From positions 224,690,001 to 224,754,000 of the forward strand of contig NC_086097.1 in NCBI RefSeq assembly GCF_963921235.1: a stretch of 64,000 bases of DNA. Direction: 5' to 3'. The stretch's first letter is position 1. Every line of letters begins with the position of its first letter. A model generated the notes under the pieces. It was not told the origin of the DNA. It saw only the letters and a list, made by a program, of their open reading frames with translations, and did not search any database. The position numbers were made by a program, and so were the translations under genes. This stretch comes from Mobula hypostoma. Its lineage: Eukaryota. Positions 61,266 to 64,000 of the stretch are shown here, piece after piece.

Positions 61266-62970
61266 CTATTCCACAGATAAGCAGCAAAACCGCCAATTAA
61301 TAATATTAACTACTATATGATTTCATCTGCTTTTTAGCCTATTACCAACATCTTCAATCAGACTTAATGTTTTTGATGACTAGATCCTTAAATTCTTAGT
61401 TCTGACTCTTCAATGTTGTTCTTTTGTGGTGCAGTAGGAGTTGCATCACTGATTTCAATGGATGTTTAATTGAGCTGACCCTACAGTCTCCATTGGGATG
61501 ACTGCTGGATAGTGTAGGCAGGAGCATATTCCGGCTCAGGGGAGCAAGACTGGTGTAAGGGGGCTCCAAAGAATTTGGGAGCCTAACTTCCAAACAAAAT
61601 TAGTAAATCAGTGTGATTCTGTAAATAGCTAAACCATATTATCCTGTACCTCAGCTTAACTTGGCTTGCCTTGGCTTGGCTTGCCAAGTTTACTGAAGAC
61701 TCATTTGCTGCAATAATATAAACAGATGTCAATGTTGATGGCACATGAGCCAAGACAAATATTAGGGTCTAGGGTATACTTTCCAATATGAAAGAGCCAA
61801 ACTGGGTTAAGTTTGGTGAAAAGAATAAAGTGAATGGCCATTCACATGTGAAAAAAAGTTTATGTTTTTGATAAGTTAGTCCATTTCAACTTCAATTTAA
61901 AACAGAGTTTCTCAGTCACTACGTTTATATATTCTTTCACGCAAGTAATCAGAAGTCAATATTCAGACTGGCTCACTGCTTTGCAAGCATATTTTTTGGT
62001 AATGTAATATAATTATATAATATTATATTATGTTTTATAATTTGGTAATTCTTCCAATGTTTTCATTTCTTGTTTGTTATGTAAAATTAACATTCTCAAC
62101 ATACATATGACAGAATATATTGATCTTACAGAATATATTAAAGAATTTCAGGATGTATATTGTATACATCTCTCTGATATTAAATGTACTTATTGGAAAC
62201 AGAGTGCTAGATCTTTAAAACATAGTGTTGACATCCTGATGTAACATTTCCTTGGCTACAGGGTTAGAAAGAAAACAACTGGCAAATTCAGAAAATTAAA
62301 TCTCTTTGTTTCAGGCCTGGCTGATCCAACAGTCAGTCGATATGATGTGAGAGACACCCCCAGACTTTGACTACCTTCTGGTTAATCTAGCAATATGTCT
62401 CATTGGGTTTCAGAGTGCCAGTAAAATTTGTTTTCCAATTTGTTGTGTGCTGTAAAATCATAGTCCCAAATGTGCAAATGCCAGACAATTGTAACTACAG
62501 GGAAATTGATGAAAACAATTAAAAATCAATGCCAAGTAAAATCAATTTCACCACACTACAGACTCTGATGATTTGAAAACAAAGCAAAAAGTGCTATGAT
62601 TGAAAAAAGACAGATGCTGGATATTTGAAATAAGAACAGAAAATGAATGAAATACTCAGCAAGTCAGGTAACATCCATGGAAAGAGAAACTAAATTAACA
62701 TATCAGGTGAGTGACTCTTCATTAAAAACTGGGATAGAAAGAAAAAGATTGTTTTAGGTTGTAGAGGGAAGAAAGGGAATATCTCTGATTGGATGGAGTC
62801 AGGATTGTCATGGTGATATTAAGTACAGAAGGTATTCTCTGTGACAACCAGCAACACAGAGATGTAACTTCCTGTCAAAGTGATTAAATTTCTTTGAATT
62901 TGAGAATGGTTTGCACATGCAATAAAACATGACATGTTGTTAGCAGTCCTGGCTGACTGCTGGGTGTGCG

Positions 62971-63205
62971 TGTCTGCTGTGTGTTGTCTGCTGTGAGTTG
63001 TCTGGTGTGAGTTGTCTGCTGTGTACCGTCTAGTTTGTGTTGTCTGGTGTGAGTTTTCTGGTGTGAGTTGTCTGCTGTGAGTTGTCTACTGTGTACTGTC
63101 TACTTTGTGTTGTCTGGTGTGAGTTTTCTGGTGTGAGTTGTCTGGTGTGAGTTGTCTGCTGTGTACTGTCTAGTTTGTGTTGTCTGGTGTGCATTGTCTG
63201 GTGTG
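62971..63205. repeat. 14-bp minisatellite (about 17 units) with a 70-bp higher-order period
   Basis: Consensus TGTCTGGTGTGAGT; variant units recur every five monomers. Confidence 0.9.
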
Positions 63206-63599
63206 TCTAGTGGGAAGTGCCTAATATTTGCCATTTGATGTGTAGAGCAGAGGTGGGTGATGCTCATGACACAGGACAATCCGGACGATTCACCTTCTCT
63301 TAGTGGAGAATTGTGTCTTTGTAGTAACTCAGGGTGAAATCATCAGTCAAATCATATTACTACATAGCTTTCTCCTAAATAGGCAGAATTTCAGGAACAA
63401 TGGGGTGGTGTTATCTTGACAAACTGGTGTGGAACATTTAATTTTAGACCAGCGGTGTAGTTTAGCTGCATTTTCATCCTTCTGCAATTCCCTACGTGGC
63501 TCTTGTGTTGGGATTGGTGTGTTTGTGGTCAGCCCTCTTGCACTATTGCACCGAATCAGCACGAACAACACCCTTCAGATTCGGGAATAGAATCAGCAG

Positions 63600-63985
63600 C
63601 AGGAAAACAGAGAGCATGTCTTGTGAGGAGAAGCTGAGTGAGCTGGGGCTTTACTTCTTGGAGTGAAGGAGGATGTGAGGTGACTTGATAGAAATATATA
63701 AGGTGACAAGAGGCATGGTGGGGTTGACTTGTTCTCCAATCTTGGCAATTTACTTACAAACATCACATCACCATACGAGAAGAGAAATCAGTGCACTGTT
63801 AATTATGATAAAGGCTTCACCTTTATACACTTATCAATCAGCTGATTGGTCATCATTACAGAAAGGCATAGATAAAGTGGGCGGCCAGCATCTTTACTCC
63901 CAGAGCAGAAATGGCTGATACGAGTAGGCTTATTGGAAGGTAATTGGAGGAAAGTATAAGGGGGGGGGGGGAGATGTCATAGTAA
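63600..63985 (+). mobile_element. Degenerate CR1 3' fragment, interrupted
   Basis: GAGCATGTCTTGTGAGGAGAAGCTGAGTGAGCTGGGGCTT…GACTTGATAGAAATATATAAG, resuming at about 63863 (AGGCATAGATAAAGTGG). Confidence 0.65.
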
Positions 63986-64000
63986 TGTACACGAAATGCT

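Noticed and set aside
62316..62375. Good acceptor (TCTCTTTGTTTCAG) followed by a short frame GLADPTVSRYDVRDTPRL*
   Set aside because: No matching donor or recognisable product.
62971..63205. CRISPR-like array
   Set aside because: Contiguous tandem monomers with no unique spacers, no cas genes, and a eukaryotic context.
63347..63571. 74-aa minus-strand ORF
   Set aside because: No homology I recognise, and neighbouring frames are full of stops.

Overview
This is repeat-dense vertebrate nuclear DNA with no host protein-coding gene I can confidently identify. The mix of CR1 LINEs and HE1/V-type tRNA-derived SINEs suggests a cartilaginous fish (inference). Most of the window is transposable-element debris: about 20 CR1 fragments (one near full length, with an ORF1 esterase), Rex1/Babar fragments, an RTE LINE, and an I/Nimb-type LINE with RNase H. 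It also holds a Tc1 transposon, hAT and Tc1/mariner MITEs, two related solo LTRs and a probable Harbinger fossil. The most structured signal is a Penelope-like element (PLE) family: one 3.4-kb copy (RT + GIY-YIG) and several short copies. Their termini carry minimal hammerhead-ribozyme motifs, share one exact end point (…TGTGTGTTGC) and are often inverted with 12-14 bp target-site duplications (TSDs). Several nested insertions can be ordered from their TSDs, e.g. Tc1 > I/Nimb > PLE. All ORFs I can assign are broken TE ORFs. I found no evidence of a wholly new biological system; the findings are mostly instances or variants of known TE biology. Boundaries without a stated TSD are approximate.
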